Below, in pieces: positions 42,110 to 52,712 of a stretch of 64,000 bases of DNA; position 1 is the first letter of the stretch; the number at the start of each line of letters is the position of its first letter. Below the pieces are notes generated by a model. The model was not told the DNA's origin, searched no databases, and was given only the letters and a program-made list of their open reading frames with translations. The DNA is taken from positions 1-64,000 of the IMG/VR virus record IMGVR_UViG_3300035703_000062, one strand, 5' to 3'. The stretch comes from a virus. Made by a program: the position numbers and the translations under genes.

Positions 42110-43660
42110 ATGCCTGACATCGAAGAAGGTAAACAGGTAGTAACGGTTGGCCGCAGTGAGCCGATTGCTGCCGGTCAGGCCACGATGGCCAACTCGCTGC
42201 CGGTTGTAATTGCGAGCGATCAAAGTCCAGTGCCCATCCTGGACAATCTCAGTGCGCCTTCCGAGGTGCATGATGACCTGCTGGGCAACCCTCGCGTGCA
42301 GAGCAGTCTGCAACTGTGGGACAGCACAAACATCCTTGCCATCGATCCAAAGGCATGGAAGATCACTGCTGACCCCACGGGCACGCCTGATTATTCCAGC
42401 GTGACGCACCTGCCGCAGGAAAGCGGTGCGCAGTTGCTGATTAACACAAACGCACCGAACAGCACTATTGCTCGGATGCAAAGCCGTCTGGTATTTCCGT
42501 ATCAGACAGGCCGCATTACTGACGCCAGCTTTGGCGTGAGCATGCTGAAGGACACAAATGCCACTATTGAGTTTGGCATTTTCGATGGAAGCAACGGTTA
42601 TATCATTCGCATTATTGGCAACGATTTGTATTTCGTTCGCCGCACTAATTCTGGCGAAAGCCCGCAGAATCACGGCGCACCAGTGGGTAGCACTGACTTC
42701 ACAGTGAGCGACCCCAGCAGCCTGTACAACAACCATCGTTATCGCGTGCTGCCTTCTGATCCTTCCGTGATGGAAGAGATTGTTCCGCGCAGTGCTTTTA
42801 ATGGTGACAAGCTCGATGGCGCAGCTCCCAGCGTTCACACGCTGAGTCTGTCCAACGTGACGATGTTCCGCATCATGATGGGCTGGTACGGCGGCTCTGC
42901 GGCGCGTCTGATGGCCTATGTGCCGGTGGATGAGAATCTGCCCGCTGGCGCTACTGCTAAGAATGCACGTTGGGTGACCATTCACCAGCTCAACACTTGC
43001 GACCGCATTCCATTCCCCAGCCTGGGCAATCCCAATTTGCCCATGACCTTTGAGGTGACTAAGACTGGCAATATTGCACAGGCTGTCTATCTCAAGGTGT
43101 ATGGCACCAAGGCTGAAATCGATGGTGGTGACGCTAGTAAGTACGACATTTTCTCTCAGGAAAGCGCCGCTGCCAGCATCAACCCTGGAACAGTGCGTCC
43201 GCTGCTGACCATCCGTTGCAAGGAGAACATCACCAACGATGATGGCAATAGCAAGCAGAACATCATGCGGGTGGTGCCACTTATGGCCAACCTCTCCTCG
43301 CAATATCGTGCCAAGTTTGCGCTTGTAAAAAATCCCACTGCGCTGCTGATTAGTGGCAGCACTGTTAATCCAGCCACTGCTTCTGGCGTGTTCACGTCGA
43401 CTGCATCACTGTCCGCCATTGAATACAACACCACTGCTACTGGCCTGACTGGCGGCGAGCCTGTTGCGACGTTCTTTACTGGTGATGATGACGGTCAAAA
43501 CATTATCCTTGAAGAAATTTTCCGTTACAACCGTGAATTCCTCACTCGTCCCATCTCTAATGACACTGGCGAAAGTGGAGACATTCTCGTTCTGACTGCT
43601 CAGTCTGTTGCCGACAGCGGCAACACTGTCGCCGGCTCCATTACCTGGGGCGAACGTTAA
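42110..43660 (+). CDS. virion structural protein, lectin-like (paralog 1)
   Basis: F.YQTGR, FG.FD..NG, FNGDKLDG, WYG motifs shared with 43670 and 54445 ORFs. Confidence 0.75.
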   Translation: MPDIEEGKQVVTVGRSEPIAAGQATMANSLPVVIASDQSPVPILDNLSAPSEVHDDLLGNPRVQSSLQLWDSTNILAIDPKAWKITADPTGTPDYSSVTHLPQESGAQLLINTNAPNSTIARMQSRLVFPYQTGRITDASFGVSMLKDTNATIEFGIFDGSNGYIIRIIGNDLYFVRRTNSGESPQNHGAPVGSTDFTVSDPSSLYNNHRYRVLPSDPSVMEEIVPRSAFNGDKLDGAAPSVHTLSLSNVTMFRIMMGWYGGSAARLMAYVPVDENLPAGATAKNARWVTIHQLNTCDRIPFPSLGNPNLPMTFEVTKTGNIAQAVYLKVYGTKAEIDGGDASKYDIFSQESAAASINPGTVRPLLTIRCKENITNDDGNSKQNIMRVVPLMANLSSQYRAKFALVKNPTALLISGSTVNPATASGVFTSTASLSAIEYNTTATGLTGGEPVATFFTGDDDGQNIILEEIFRYNREFLTRPISNDTGESGDILVLTAQSVADSGNTVAGSITWGER

Positions 43661-43669
43661 TTAAAAGAC

Positions 43670-45754
43670 ATGGCTTATTACCAGCTTCCCCATGAGGTGG
43701 GGCAACGACGTGTTGTCGTTGCCAGTGGCGCTAATGCAGGTACAGTCCTCCAGGAGGCTGGTGATTTTCCTTTCGGTCAGGACGTAAAGGCATCAGGCCT
43801 TCCCATTGTCCTGCCACGATTTGGTGGCGACATGGCAGTGAGCTTCTATAAAGAGAAGCCCACTGAAATCAGAGGTGATATTTTTGGCAATCAAAGGGTT
43901 GAGAAAAGCCTCAGCCTGTTTAACTACACGGATGATTACGACCTCCGTGAAGACATTTATGTCAGTGAAATTCAAGGTTTGAATGAAACTGGCGAGGATG
44001 ATCTAGAAAGCGCAAAGTGGAGCCAGCTTCAAGATGTGCTAGTGGAATACAGCCCGCTGCCAACGGGCTACATTCAGCACGATCCTGACCGTCGCGCTGT
44101 TCGCATTGAACTAGCAAAAGCAGGCGGCGGCTTCCAGCGCGTAAGGATTAGCACGAAGAAACGTTTCCGCTACCAAACTGGTCGCGTCATTCGCTCTTCA
44201 GTGTGCTTGCAGATGAGCTTGGCAGATTTGCCAGCCTGTGAGAAGCTATGGGGAATTGGCGACACGCTGGATGGATTCTTCTTCCAGATTATTGCCGATG
44301 GTAGTGGAGACAATTTCCGCATTGTTCATCGTCGCTCTTCGGGCGACGGCCTGCCCAAGGAAATCATTGTTCCGCGCAGTCTGTTTAATGGTGACAAGCT
44401 TGATGGCACCGGCAGCAGCAATGCCGCTATCGACTTCACCAAGAACTGCATGTATCTGGTGGAGTGGGGCTGGTACGGCGCCAGTTCTGCTAGGTTCTAT
44501 GCCTTTGTCGTAGACGAGGCTACAGACCTCCCTGCAACCGTTTCAGGCATCCCTCGTGGGCGCTGGGTGCTGATGCACGAGCTGCTCATTCCTGACAGTC
44601 TGGATGCCCCTAGTCTCGGCACTCCCGCGCTGCCTTTCACCATTGAAATTAGCAATAGCGGCTACCTCGTCGAGCCTCAGTACATCATCAAATATGGACT
44701 GAGCCTGCAGATTGATGGTGGTGAAAGTGAAAAAGCTGATATGCATGGCCTCGACCTTTCAGAAGGTCGCGATATTGGTCCCGTGCTGGGCGGCTCTGAA
44801 GCCGCCCACTATTTCCCGTTGTTTGCACTGAGAGCAAAAGACTTTGCCCCAGGGCGTATCCTGAACACACTCCAGGGCCTGCCAAAGTCCATGGATGTGA
44901 TGAGCAATTATCGCACCGAGCTTGCCATCATTCGTGATCCTGAGTTTGGCTCGATCAACGAGGAAGTGGGCCATATTAATGGCACGCTTCCTGCCGGTAG
45001 CGAAGGCAGCTATGGTTTGGCTGAATCCATCCTGCAAGGGCTTGATGAATTTGGCGATGTAATTGATTTGGTTACAGAAGCGCCAGAGGAGCTTCCCATC
45101 TCAGTGGAGGATGCCTATTCGGCCACTGACATGGGAACTCTGGAGGGCAACTTTGTTCTCAAGCAGACCGTTAATGGTAAGAAGCTTGGCACGTTCTTCA
45201 TGGCTGCGAACAAGCCAGAGCGTGTTGATCTGACAAAGATTTATGACTTGGTGCGTGAAGCTATTACCACTGAATACGACAGTAAGTTCGATTTCCCCAT
45301 TGTCAATGAAAAATATGAAATTACAAACATTGGTGGCGATGGCACGCTGACACTGGGGCGTAAGCACACGCTTGAAATTGGCTTCCGCTTTGTTATTGGT
45401 CTCACCACTTATTACATTGTTGCCACGCCAGGCGTAAGCACCATTCGCGTTAGTACATCTCGTGGAGGGGCGGTGTTTACCGGCTTCACTGGAGCTGGTA
45501 TCACCGCTGGGGACTTTGGTACTGCTTTTTACGATTTGGTGATTAATCAGGCTATTGCATCTCGCGCTCGCCCCATTGATCAAGGCGCTGTTGTATTTGC
45601 AGCTCGTCGTGTTGATGATGCATTGCTGACAACATCACTGGCCGAGAAGGATGCTGAATGGATGAAGCTCTATAACTGCACTACCACAAACACGTATAAT
45701 GTGGTTAGCCCAGCGCCCGAAACGCGAGTGTTCTTGAACTACGGGCTGCGATAG
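43670..45754 (+). CDS. virion structural protein, lectin-like (paralog 2)
   Basis: KKRFRYQTGR, FNGDKLDG, WGWYGA. Confidence 0.75.
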   Translation: MAYYQLPHEVGQRRVVVASGANAGTVLQEAGDFPFGQDVKASGLPIVLPRFGGDMAVSFYKEKPTEIRGDIFGNQRVEKSLSLFNYTDDYDLREDIYVSEIQGLNETGEDDLESAKWSQLQDVLVEYSPLPTGYIQHDPDRRAVRIELAKAGGGFQRVRISTKKRFRYQTGRVIRSSVCLQMSLADLPACEKLWGIGDTLDGFFFQIIADGSGDNFRIVHRRSSGDGLPKEIIVPRSLFNGDKLDGTGSSNAAIDFTKNCMYLVEWGWYGASSARFYAFVVDEATDLPATVSGIPRGRWVLMHELLIPDSLDAPSLGTPALPFTIEISNSGYLVEPQYIIKYGLSLQIDGGESEKADMHGLDLSEGRDIGPVLGGSEAAHYFPLFALRAKDFAPGRILNTLQGLPKSMDVMSNYRTELAIIRDPEFGSINEEVGHINGTLPAGSEGSYGLAESILQGLDEFGDVIDLVTEAPEELPISVEDAYSATDMGTLEGNFVLKQTVNGKKLGTFFMAANKPERVDLTKIYDLVREAITTEYDSKFDFPIVNEKYEITNIGGDGTLTLGRKHTLEIGFRFVIGLTTYYIVATPGVSTIRVSTSRGGAVFTGFTGAGITAGDFGTAFYDLVINQAIASRARPIDQGAVVFAARRVDDALLTTSLAEKDAEWMKLYNCTTTNTYNVVSPAPETRVFLNYGLR

Positions 45755-45763
45755 AGCAAAAGC

Positions 45764-46573
45764 ATGGCAAACGGCAGTTCCATTATTAACACGTCTCCTA
45801 GCGGCCTTCCCGTGGAGCTGGAAGATCGTGCTTATGCCTTCTGCATTGGCACGCAAATCTTTCAAAACCCATCACAAGAACCGCGAAATGGTAGGTTCAG
45901 TTTTAAGATTGAACCCCAACTGTTTGACGTGACAGTGAGCGGTGATGCTGTAGGCACCACCGCCATTGGCCTTGCCACTTCGACCAACATTTCAACGGTG
46001 TCCACGTGGACTGCCGCCAATGAGATTAGGGACAATGGTTCTAACTACGGCATCTATTCCGTAAGCTTTGCCGAAAGCACAAGCAACAATAAAAAAGTGA
46101 ACGTGTGCTGCGCCGGCAGCACCGTTGCATCAGTGGTGAAGAACACTGTTAGTTCTTCCACTGACATTGCCTTTGATACGCTGACCATTTCTGGGCATGG
46201 CTATGCCACTGGTGATGCAGTGGTTATTTACAGCGGCTCCACTCCCACCCCATTGCAAAGTGGCGTTACTTACTACGCCATCCCTTCGGGTGCTGACAAG
46301 ATTAGGCTTGCATCTTCTCGTGCTAATGCACTTGCAGGAAGTGGCATTGATATTACCGTGAGTGGTGGCCCTGTCTATTTGAAGAGCGACGATGTGTTTG
46401 AACTGCGTCGCGACGGTCTTACTGGAGCCGTTGATTTATATAGGAACAATACTGCTGTCTATGCATTTAGCGGCACCACTGCAACCCTGAGGCCGTTTTT
46501 TTGGACGAGGGAGTCTAGCAATAGTGCTACGATACCAGTATTCAAGGAAATTAAAGTTAGCGGGGCTTCCTGA
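45764..46573 (+). CDS. putative virion protein
   Basis: HG..TGD.V.Y...L..G.TYY.I...I.LA.S..NA.AG domain common in cyanophage tail proteins. Confidence 0.7.
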   Translation: MANGSSIINTSPSGLPVELEDRAYAFCIGTQIFQNPSQEPRNGRFSFKIEPQLFDVTVSGDAVGTTAIGLATSTNISTVSTWTAANEIRDNGSNYGIYSVSFAESTSNNKKVNVCCAGSTVASVVKNTVSSSTDIAFDTLTISGHGYATGDAVVIYSGSTPTPLQSGVTYYAIPSGADKIRLASSRANALAGSGIDITVSGGPVYLKSDDVFELRRDGLTGAVDLYRNNTAVYAFSGTTATLRPFFWTRESSNSATIPVFKEIKVSGAS

Positions 46574-46576
46574 TCC

Positions 46577-48424
46577 ATGGCGCAAACGCGATTGATTTCG
46601 GATCTTGTTGAGCTTGTAACGCCCAACAATGACGATGTGTTTGTCGTTGTAGATAATACGACCAACCCCTCGCTTTCTGTTACAAAGCGCATCACTTATG
46701 CCAATCTGAAGGAAGGTCTTCAGGACATGATTGATCTGCTCGTGTCTGGTGGCACGGGCATCAATGCATCGTATAACGACGGCAGCAATACTCTTACATT
46801 GTCAGTTGTTGCTGATACTACTGTTCAGCAAAGTGTTATTTCGTCTGGCGGCACCACCATTGGTACGCGGCGCGAAATCAATTTTATTCCTGGTGCATCA
46901 ATCCTGCTTTCTGGTACTGATAATCCTGGAAGCAACCGTGTTGATCTTGCCATTCGCACTAATGCAGTTTCGACTGCTAGCAATCTGGTAGGCGCTGGCA
47001 CCACTTATAACGTGCTGTCCAGCATTTCAACGCTGGGCGATGGCACGCAGGATCTGCGCTTCCGCACTCTCAAGGCTGGTAGCGCGAAAGTATCGCTTGG
47101 CTTGGCCGATGGTGGTAACTCTGTAACGGTTGACATTGTTCCCAGTGGCATCAGTATTAACGATCTGAACACTGCATCGCCTCTTGCTATTGGCCTTGGT
47201 GGCACAAATGCCACCACGGCCTCGGATGCACGAAGCAATCTTGGTGCAGCCAAGGCTGGTGACAATACGGACATCACAAGCCTGTCTGGCCTGACCACTG
47301 CCTTGTCAGTGAACCAAGGCGGCACGGGCGGCAATACTGCTCAAGTGGCACTGCGTAACTTGCAGGGCCTCAACAGCGTGGCAAACGTCGCCACTGCTGG
47401 TCAGAGCATTGTTGCCAATGCTTCTACGCTTGTTGCTGGCAATTATCGAGCTGAACTGCGCGGCATTCGCGCTGGTAGCAGCAAGATCACTGTCGGCGTG
47501 GTGAGCAATGACATTAGTATCAATGCCAACTCCGATTTGATTCTTGCTGGCGCCACGCAAGATGTCAATTTCAATGGCTACAAGCTGACTAATATTGGTT
47601 CGCCTGTGTCATCTACTGACGCAGCCACTAAAGATTATGTGGACAGCGTTGCACAGGGTCTGGTTGTTAAAGAGGCTGTGCTGCTGGCTACGACTAGCGG
47701 GCAAGTTGGTACGTATGCAGCTAGCGGCCAAACCTTCACTTATACAGCCACTGGCACTCCCTCCATCGATGGCGTGAGCGTTACCGCCACTGGCACGCGA
47801 GTGCTGTTTAAGAACCAGGCGACGGCCAGCGAGAATGGTATTTATGAGCTGACCACTTCTGGTGATACTGGCATTAGCGCCATCTTCACTCGCGCATTGG
47901 ACTACAACACCGATGTGGAAGTAGAAGCTGGTAGCTTCGCCTTTGTACTGAGCGGCGCAACAAATGCTGGTAAGCAATATGTGCAGACCACTCAAGCAGC
48001 AGTGCTTGATACCGACCCATTGGTCTTCACTGTTCTGAATGATCTTGTCATTCCAGACGACAGTATTTCTAATAGCAAGCTGGAGCATATGCCAGCATTG
48101 CGCGTTAAGGGCACGGTTGTTAGCGGCACGCCGCAAGATCTGACGGCAGATCAAATTATTGAAATTGTGAACAGTGGTGGTACTACTGCCATTGATCAAG
48201 CTCGCGTGACCATCACTGGTGCGCTGGATAGCAATGCACGAGTGGGCGTGAGCGTCACGGGCGTGACTGCCGGAACCCGCCGTAAGATCAACTTTATCCC
48301 CAGCGGCATTGCAGAGATTAGTGCTGCAGATGATGCTGGCAATGAAGAAATTGATGTGGTGATTAACGTGCCTGCACCAACTGCAGGAGGCGTCAGTCTC
48401 GGTTTGGCCGTTGCACTCGGCTAA
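46577..48424 (+). CDS. tail fibre protein
   Basis: GGT.A.TA..AR.NLG, G.N.DITSL.GL, DAATK.YVD, RVL.KNQ....ENGIY fibre motifs. Confidence 0.85.
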   Translation: MAQTRLISDLVELVTPNNDDVFVVVDNTTNPSLSVTKRITYANLKEGLQDMIDLLVSGGTGINASYNDGSNTLTLSVVADTTVQQSVISSGGTTIGTRREINFIPGASILLSGTDNPGSNRVDLAIRTNAVSTASNLVGAGTTYNVLSSISTLGDGTQDLRFRTLKAGSAKVSLGLADGGNSVTVDIVPSGISINDLNTASPLAIGLGGTNATTASDARSNLGAAKAGDNTDITSLSGLTTALSVNQGGTGGNTAQVALRNLQGLNSVANVATAGQSIVANASTLVAGNYRAELRGIRAGSSKITVGVVSNDISINANSDLILAGATQDVNFNGYKLTNIGSPVSSTDAATKDYVDSVAQGLVVKEAVLLATTSGQVGTYAASGQTFTYTATGTPSIDGVSVTATGTRVLFKNQATASENGIYELTTSGDTGISAIFTRALDYNTDVEVEAGSFAFVLSGATNAGKQYVQTTQAAVLDTDPLVFTVLNDLVIPDDSISNSKLEHMPALRVKGTVVSGTPQDLTADQIIEIVNSGGTTAIDQARVTITGALDSNARVGVSVTGVTAGTRRKINFIPSGIAEISAADDAGNEEIDVVINVPAPTAGGVSLGLAVALG

Positions 48425-48457
48425 TCCTTTTATACTAAACAAAGCACACGAACGATC

Positions 48458-48850
48458 ATGGCCGAGCGTTTCCAGGCAAAAAGCACAAAACTTAGCAGTG
48501 CTAATAGCGTCACTGACATTTTCAATCCCACCAGCGGAGCTGACGGCCTGTTGGATAGCAGCGATGACCGTTCAGTGGTACTATCTATTCTTGGTGCCAA
48601 TGCTGACGGTTCCAGTGCAGTGGATGTAAGCGTGTTCGTTACTGCTACTGGCTCCACGTCTACGACAGTGGCCACTGTGGAAGGAGAGGCTACTAGCTTC
48701 TATCTTGCGAAGACCATTACTATTCCCGCTGATGCATCGCTGGAATTCGTGGCGAACAAGGTGATTTTGAAGCATGGCCAGAAGCTTCGTGCTTATGCAT
48801 CGGCGGCCAGTGACTGTGAAATCACAGTGAGCGCACTGGACATCTATTGA
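48458..48850 (+). CDS. putative virion protein
   Basis: IPA.ASL....K.IL..G..L pattern. Confidence 0.7.
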   Translation: MAERFQAKSTKLSSANSVTDIFNPTSGADGLLDSSDDRSVVLSILGANADGSSAVDVSVFVTATGSTSTTVATVEGEATSFYLAKTITIPADASLEFVANKVILKHGQKLRAYASAASDCEITVSALDIY

Positions 48851-48902
48851 GAAACGGCCCCTGAAGGGGCCACTTATAATTGATTACGACTTAGGAAGGA
48901 TT

Positions 48903-50879
48903 ATGGCTCGCAACACCTTGGCCCCTGGTGGATATATTGGTGGCGAGCCGCCGAGGCGGCCATATTTAAATCAGCTTAGTGGCGTATGGAAGCTGGAAGA
49001 CGCAGTGGAGCGTCAGAAGGCTGGTACGTGGACCAACCCGCTAGGCATTGAAGACCTGTTTTCCACCTATCTTTACACAGGCAACGGCAGCACGCAGACG
49101 ATCACGAATGGGATTGATCTGGCAGGTAAGGGTGGGTTGGTTTGGATTAAAAGCCGAAGCACAGTAACTGACAACGCTCTTTTTGACACTGCGCGAGGAG
49201 CATCTAATGGGTTTCTGCGTTCAAACACCACAGACACGCCTTATGCAAACCCAAGCAGTGACCTGACCAGTTTTGACGCGTCCGGTTTCTCGATCACTAA
49301 TAGCACAGGAAATGTCAACGTAAGCCCTCGCACCTACGCCTCCTGGACCTTCCGCAAGGCCGCGAAGTTCTTTGATGTAGTGACGTGGACGGGGGATGGT
49401 GCATCTTCTCGCAACATCTCTCACGCTCTTGGTTCTACGCCCGGCTTCATCGTTGTTAAACGAACAAGCGCATCCTCAGACTGGTGGTGTTGGCATAGGT
49501 CCATATCAACTGGTGATCTTTCTGGCAACAACTTGATTGTATTAAACACAACAGCAGCCCAAACTAATATTGGCACAGTAATCGGAACGGCATCTTCCAC
49601 GTCGTTCCAAGTTGGTGGTGATAGCTCTGTCAACGCCTCTGGCGCCACCTACGTCGCCTACCTATTCGCGCACGACGCTGGCGGGTTTGGCGATAGCGGC
49701 AATGACAGCGTGGTGAGTTGCGGTACATTTACAGGTGATTCCACTGTTACTCTTGGTTGGGAGCCGCAGTGGCTTCTTTTTAAGCGTACTGATTCAACGG
49801 GTAACTGGAGAATTCTTGATAATATGAGGGGGATGCCAGTAATTGCAAGTTCTACTGGTAGTCAACAAGTTCTTTTTCCCAATACATCAGGAGCAGAATC
49901 AACTGATGGCGTAGCCAGTCCGACGCCAACAGGTTTTCAGGCGTTTTTAGGTGCTGGCACCTACATCTACATCGCCATCCGCCGTGGGCCGATGAAGACG
50001 CCTACGGATGCGACGAAGGTGTTTTCTCCTTACATTGCAGCAGGCAATACGGCTACTGGCTTTGTTACTGATTTGCAGTTTGCCTTAGAACGAGCCGGTA
50101 GCGCCAATAATGCCCAGACGTATGATCGTCTTCGCGGTGGCAAAACCTTAAGAACAAGCAGCACGGGTGCTGAGTTTAACTTCGATGTAGGTTTTGCGAC
50201 AAATGACGGCACGACATATTCATGGACATCCGGTTATCTACGGTATTCTTTCCGCCGCGCCCCCGGCTTCTTCGACGTGGTGGCTTATACGGGCACGGGC
50301 AGCGATCAGACTATCACTCATAATCTCGGCGTTACGCCGGAGCTAATAATTGTAAAATGCAGAAGCGCAGTCGATGATTGGTATGTTTATAGTCAGAGTT
50401 TGCCAACCGCTACGCAGAACTGGGTAAGGCTTAGTACTAACGCTTCTGCAAATGGCGCTATTGGACAAGATCTTTGGGGGCCGCCAACTTCGACAACGTT
50501 CAAGGTGGATACTTATTTAGCACTGTCCACTTCTGCTGGCACCTACATCGCCTACCTCTTCGCCTCCTGCCCCGGGGTCAGCAAGGTCGGCAGCTATACC
50601 GGCACTGGCACCACGCTGAGCATCGACTGCGGCTTCACAGCAGGCGCACGGTTCGTTCTGATCAAGCGCACTGACAGCACCGGTGACTGGTACGTCTGGG
50701 ACACCGCTCGCGGCATCATCAGTGGTAACGATCCATCACTTTTATTGAACTCTACTGCTGCGGAAGTGACGAACACTGACTACATCGACCCGCTGAATGC
50801 TGGCTTCCAAATTAGCTCTACTGCCCCTGCCGCCATCAATGCAAACGGCGGAAGCTTCATCTTTTTTGCAGTGGCTTAG
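48903..50879 (+). CDS. putative receptor-binding protein with internal repeats
   Basis: repeated YTG.G, FFDVV, TY.AYLFA, KRTDSTG.W modules. Confidence 0.8.
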   Translation: MARNTLAPGGYIGGEPPRRPYLNQLSGVWKLEDAVERQKAGTWTNPLGIEDLFSTYLYTGNGSTQTITNGIDLAGKGGLVWIKSRSTVTDNALFDTARGASNGFLRSNTTDTPYANPSSDLTSFDASGFSITNSTGNVNVSPRTYASWTFRKAAKFFDVVTWTGDGASSRNISHALGSTPGFIVVKRTSASSDWWCWHRSISTGDLSGNNLIVLNTTAAQTNIGTVIGTASSTSFQVGGDSSVNASGATYVAYLFAHDAGGFGDSGNDSVVSCGTFTGDSTVTLGWEPQWLLFKRTDSTGNWRILDNMRGMPVIASSTGSQQVLFPNTSGAESTDGVASPTPTGFQAFLGAGTYIYIAIRRGPMKTPTDATKVFSPYIAAGNTATGFVTDLQFALERAGSANNAQTYDRLRGGKTLRTSSTGAEFNFDVGFATNDGTTYSWTSGYLRYSFRRAPGFFDVVAYTGTGSDQTITHNLGVTPELIIVKCRSAVDDWYVYSQSLPTATQNWVRLSTNASANGAIGQDLWGPPTSTTFKVDTYLALSTSAGTYIAYLFASCPGVSKVGSYTGTGTTLSIDCGFTAGARFVLIKRTDSTGDWYVWDTARGIISGNDPSLLLNSTAAEVTNTDYIDPLNAGFQISSTAPAAINANGGSFIFFAVA

Positions 50880-50925
50880 AGCTAGTCCTTTCCATTGCTA
50901 CCATTAGTTTACTGACGATTTAACC

Positions 50926-51678
50926 ATGGGACAAGGCGGATACATCGGCGCAAGCCCTGCTTGGCAAGGAGGACCTACTAATCCCTATCCCTATCTGCCT
51001 GGTGCATGGCAAATTCAGGAAGCGTATCGCAGAGGGCGCAGTGGCACTTGGACTCGGGCAGGTATTCCAGTGATTGGTGAGCCTTATCAAGGCGGCTTTT
51101 TTGCTGGATTTATTAGTCATACTGCTGACGGCAACGCCACGCACGCATTAATTGTGGCGCCACGTGCCACCGGGGGCATGGGTGGCTCTTATCCGCGTGA
51201 CTCGCGGTGGAAGACCAGTCAAACCACGACAGTTGGCACTACAAGCCCGTTTGATGGCGCCGCAAATACCGCTGCAATAGTTACTGCTGGGATTGCCGCT
51301 CATCCCGCTGCTCAATTTTGCGTCAGCCTTAGCATTGGCGGATATACAGATTGGTATCTTCCCTCGCGGTATGAGCTTGATATTGCCTATCAAAACTTAA
51401 AGCCAACAACCTACAATAACGACACATCTTGGGGCGTCAACCCTTATTCAGTGCCAGCGCGTACAGTCAATCGCACCACTGGAACCCCCTTGAGAACGTC
51501 AGTAGCCGCCTTTCAAGATGGCGGAACAGAATCCTTTGTTACGAGCTACCACTGGTCATCCACTGAGGGCAGCGCCGCGAATGCGTGGACAGTGTACTTC
51601 ATTGATGGCTCCCATCTAAGTACTACCAAGACCGACACCACATGGTACGTTCGTGCCTTCCGCAAAGTAGCGCTTTAA
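50926..51678 (+). CDS. DUF1566/C-type-lectin-fold protein, DGR target-like
   Basis: GYTDWYLPSR.EL and C-terminal Y.WSSTE...AW.V.F..G......K.....VRA.R. Confidence 0.85.
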   Translation: MGQGGYIGASPAWQGGPTNPYPYLPGAWQIQEAYRRGRSGTWTRAGIPVIGEPYQGGFFAGFISHTADGNATHALIVAPRATGGMGGSYPRDSRWKTSQTTTVGTTSPFDGAANTAAIVTAGIAAHPAAQFCVSLSIGGYTDWYLPSRYELDIAYQNLKPTTYNNDTSWGVNPYSVPARTVNRTTGTPLRTSVAAFQDGGTESFVTSYHWSSTEGSAANAWTVYFIDGSHLSTTKTDTTWYVRAFRKVAL

Positions 51679-51740
51679 TACTTTCGTTCTTTAGACAGCA
51701 AGCGAGCATGCCCTAAACTAAGACTTTCTCGCTTTTTTCT

Positions 51741-51789
51741 TTGGCTAAATACAAGCATCTGCCAATATACAAATCAACCTATGACCTTG
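51741..51789 (+). pseudogene. N-terminal fragment of Avd-like four-helix-bundle gene
   Basis: TTG-initiated MAKYKHLPIYKSTYDL, then stop two codons later. Confidence 0.6.
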
Positions 51790-51915
51790 GTGAATAGCTA
51801 TTTAGGATTTTTGCGGCACATGAACAGCTATGGCGCCAGAGAAAAGATATGCAGAAGGTTTTCTTGGCTAGGCTATGAATCAAATGCAGAAATGACAAAA
51901 ATTATTTCGCTTTAG
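51790..51915 (+). pseudogene. C-terminal fragment of reverse transcriptase gene
   Basis: VNSYLGFLRHMNSYGAREKI...stop matches the NSYLG.L.H.NSY thumb motif of DGR-type RTs. Confidence 0.65.
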
Positions 51916-51926
51916 GAGGGTAAGAA

Positions 51927-52067
51927 ATGGCAGCAAAAAGCAAAGTAGGGCTGTCTGGTGGCAGGCGCTTGATTATTGGCAAGCCCAAGCGCACCCGACA
52001 GGGAGAGGGCAAAAACAGCAAGCCTTCTCATGGTCGCAAGCCATCACGAGGGCAGGGCAAGAGCTGA
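51927..52067 (+). CDS. small basic protein (K.TRQG.G..S...RGQG family)
   Basis: 46-aa ORF read by eye; AGGAGG RBS. Confidence 0.75.
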   Translation: MAAKSKVGLSGGRRLIIGKPKRTRQGEGKNSKPSHGRKPSRGQGKS

Positions 52068-52095
52068 TTATCATTAAGAAAAGCCTTGATACACC

Positions 52096-52437
52096 GTGAT
52101 TGATCCCGCTAAATACGACATCACTATTCATCAGGGTGCCACATTTGAGCTGAATTTACAGCTTAAAGATGGCAATGGCAGTCCAGTGGCAATGTCAGGC
52201 TACACAGTGGCTGGCAAAGTGTACGACAGATATGGCGCCACATTATTGGCCACGTTTGTCCAAGAATGGACCACCCAAGCAAGCGGCTTGTTCAAACTTT
52301 CCATTCCAGCATCAGGCACTGCCACTTTGAGTGGCAGCGCCCAATATGACGTGCTAGTTACAGAGCCCACTGGTCGAAAATACTACCTCCTTGAAGGGGC
52401 TGCCATTATCAATCCAGGCCTTACAGGGAGGGCGTGA
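52096..52437 (+). CDS. putative tail adaptor protein
   Basis: I.QGATF...YDV......LLEG pattern. Confidence 0.7.
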   Translation: MIDPAKYDITIHQGATFELNLQLKDGNGSPVAMSGYTVAGKVYDRYGATLLATFVQEWTTQASGLFKLSIPASGTATLSGSAQYDVLVTEPTGRKYYLLEGAAIINPGLTGRA

Positions 52438-52712
52438 TGGAAGTTGTTATTAGTGGAGCATCATCTCCGCAGGTGCAAATTGTAGAGAGTGGTAATACTG
52501 TCGTCGTCACTCGTCCAATAATTTCTACTGTTTCGCTGACTATGGCTGGCCCTCAGGGGCCAGCCTTCACAGGACAGCAACTATTTAACATTGGAGCAAT
52601 TGAGCAGCTTACTGTAGCAAATAGCGGCTCCACGCTACAGTGGAATGGCACGCAATATGTGCCAGCCTCAGAACTTGGCACAAACTTAACGATTAACGGG
52701 GGAGCGTTTTAA
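52434..52712 (+). CDS. putative tail fibre-associated protein
   Basis: GPQGP and C-terminal INGGAF. Confidence 0.6.
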   Translation: MMEVVISGASSPQVQIVESGNTVVVTRPIISTVSLTMAGPQGPAFTGQQLFNIGAIEQLTVANSGSTLQWNGTQYVPASELGTNLTINGGAF

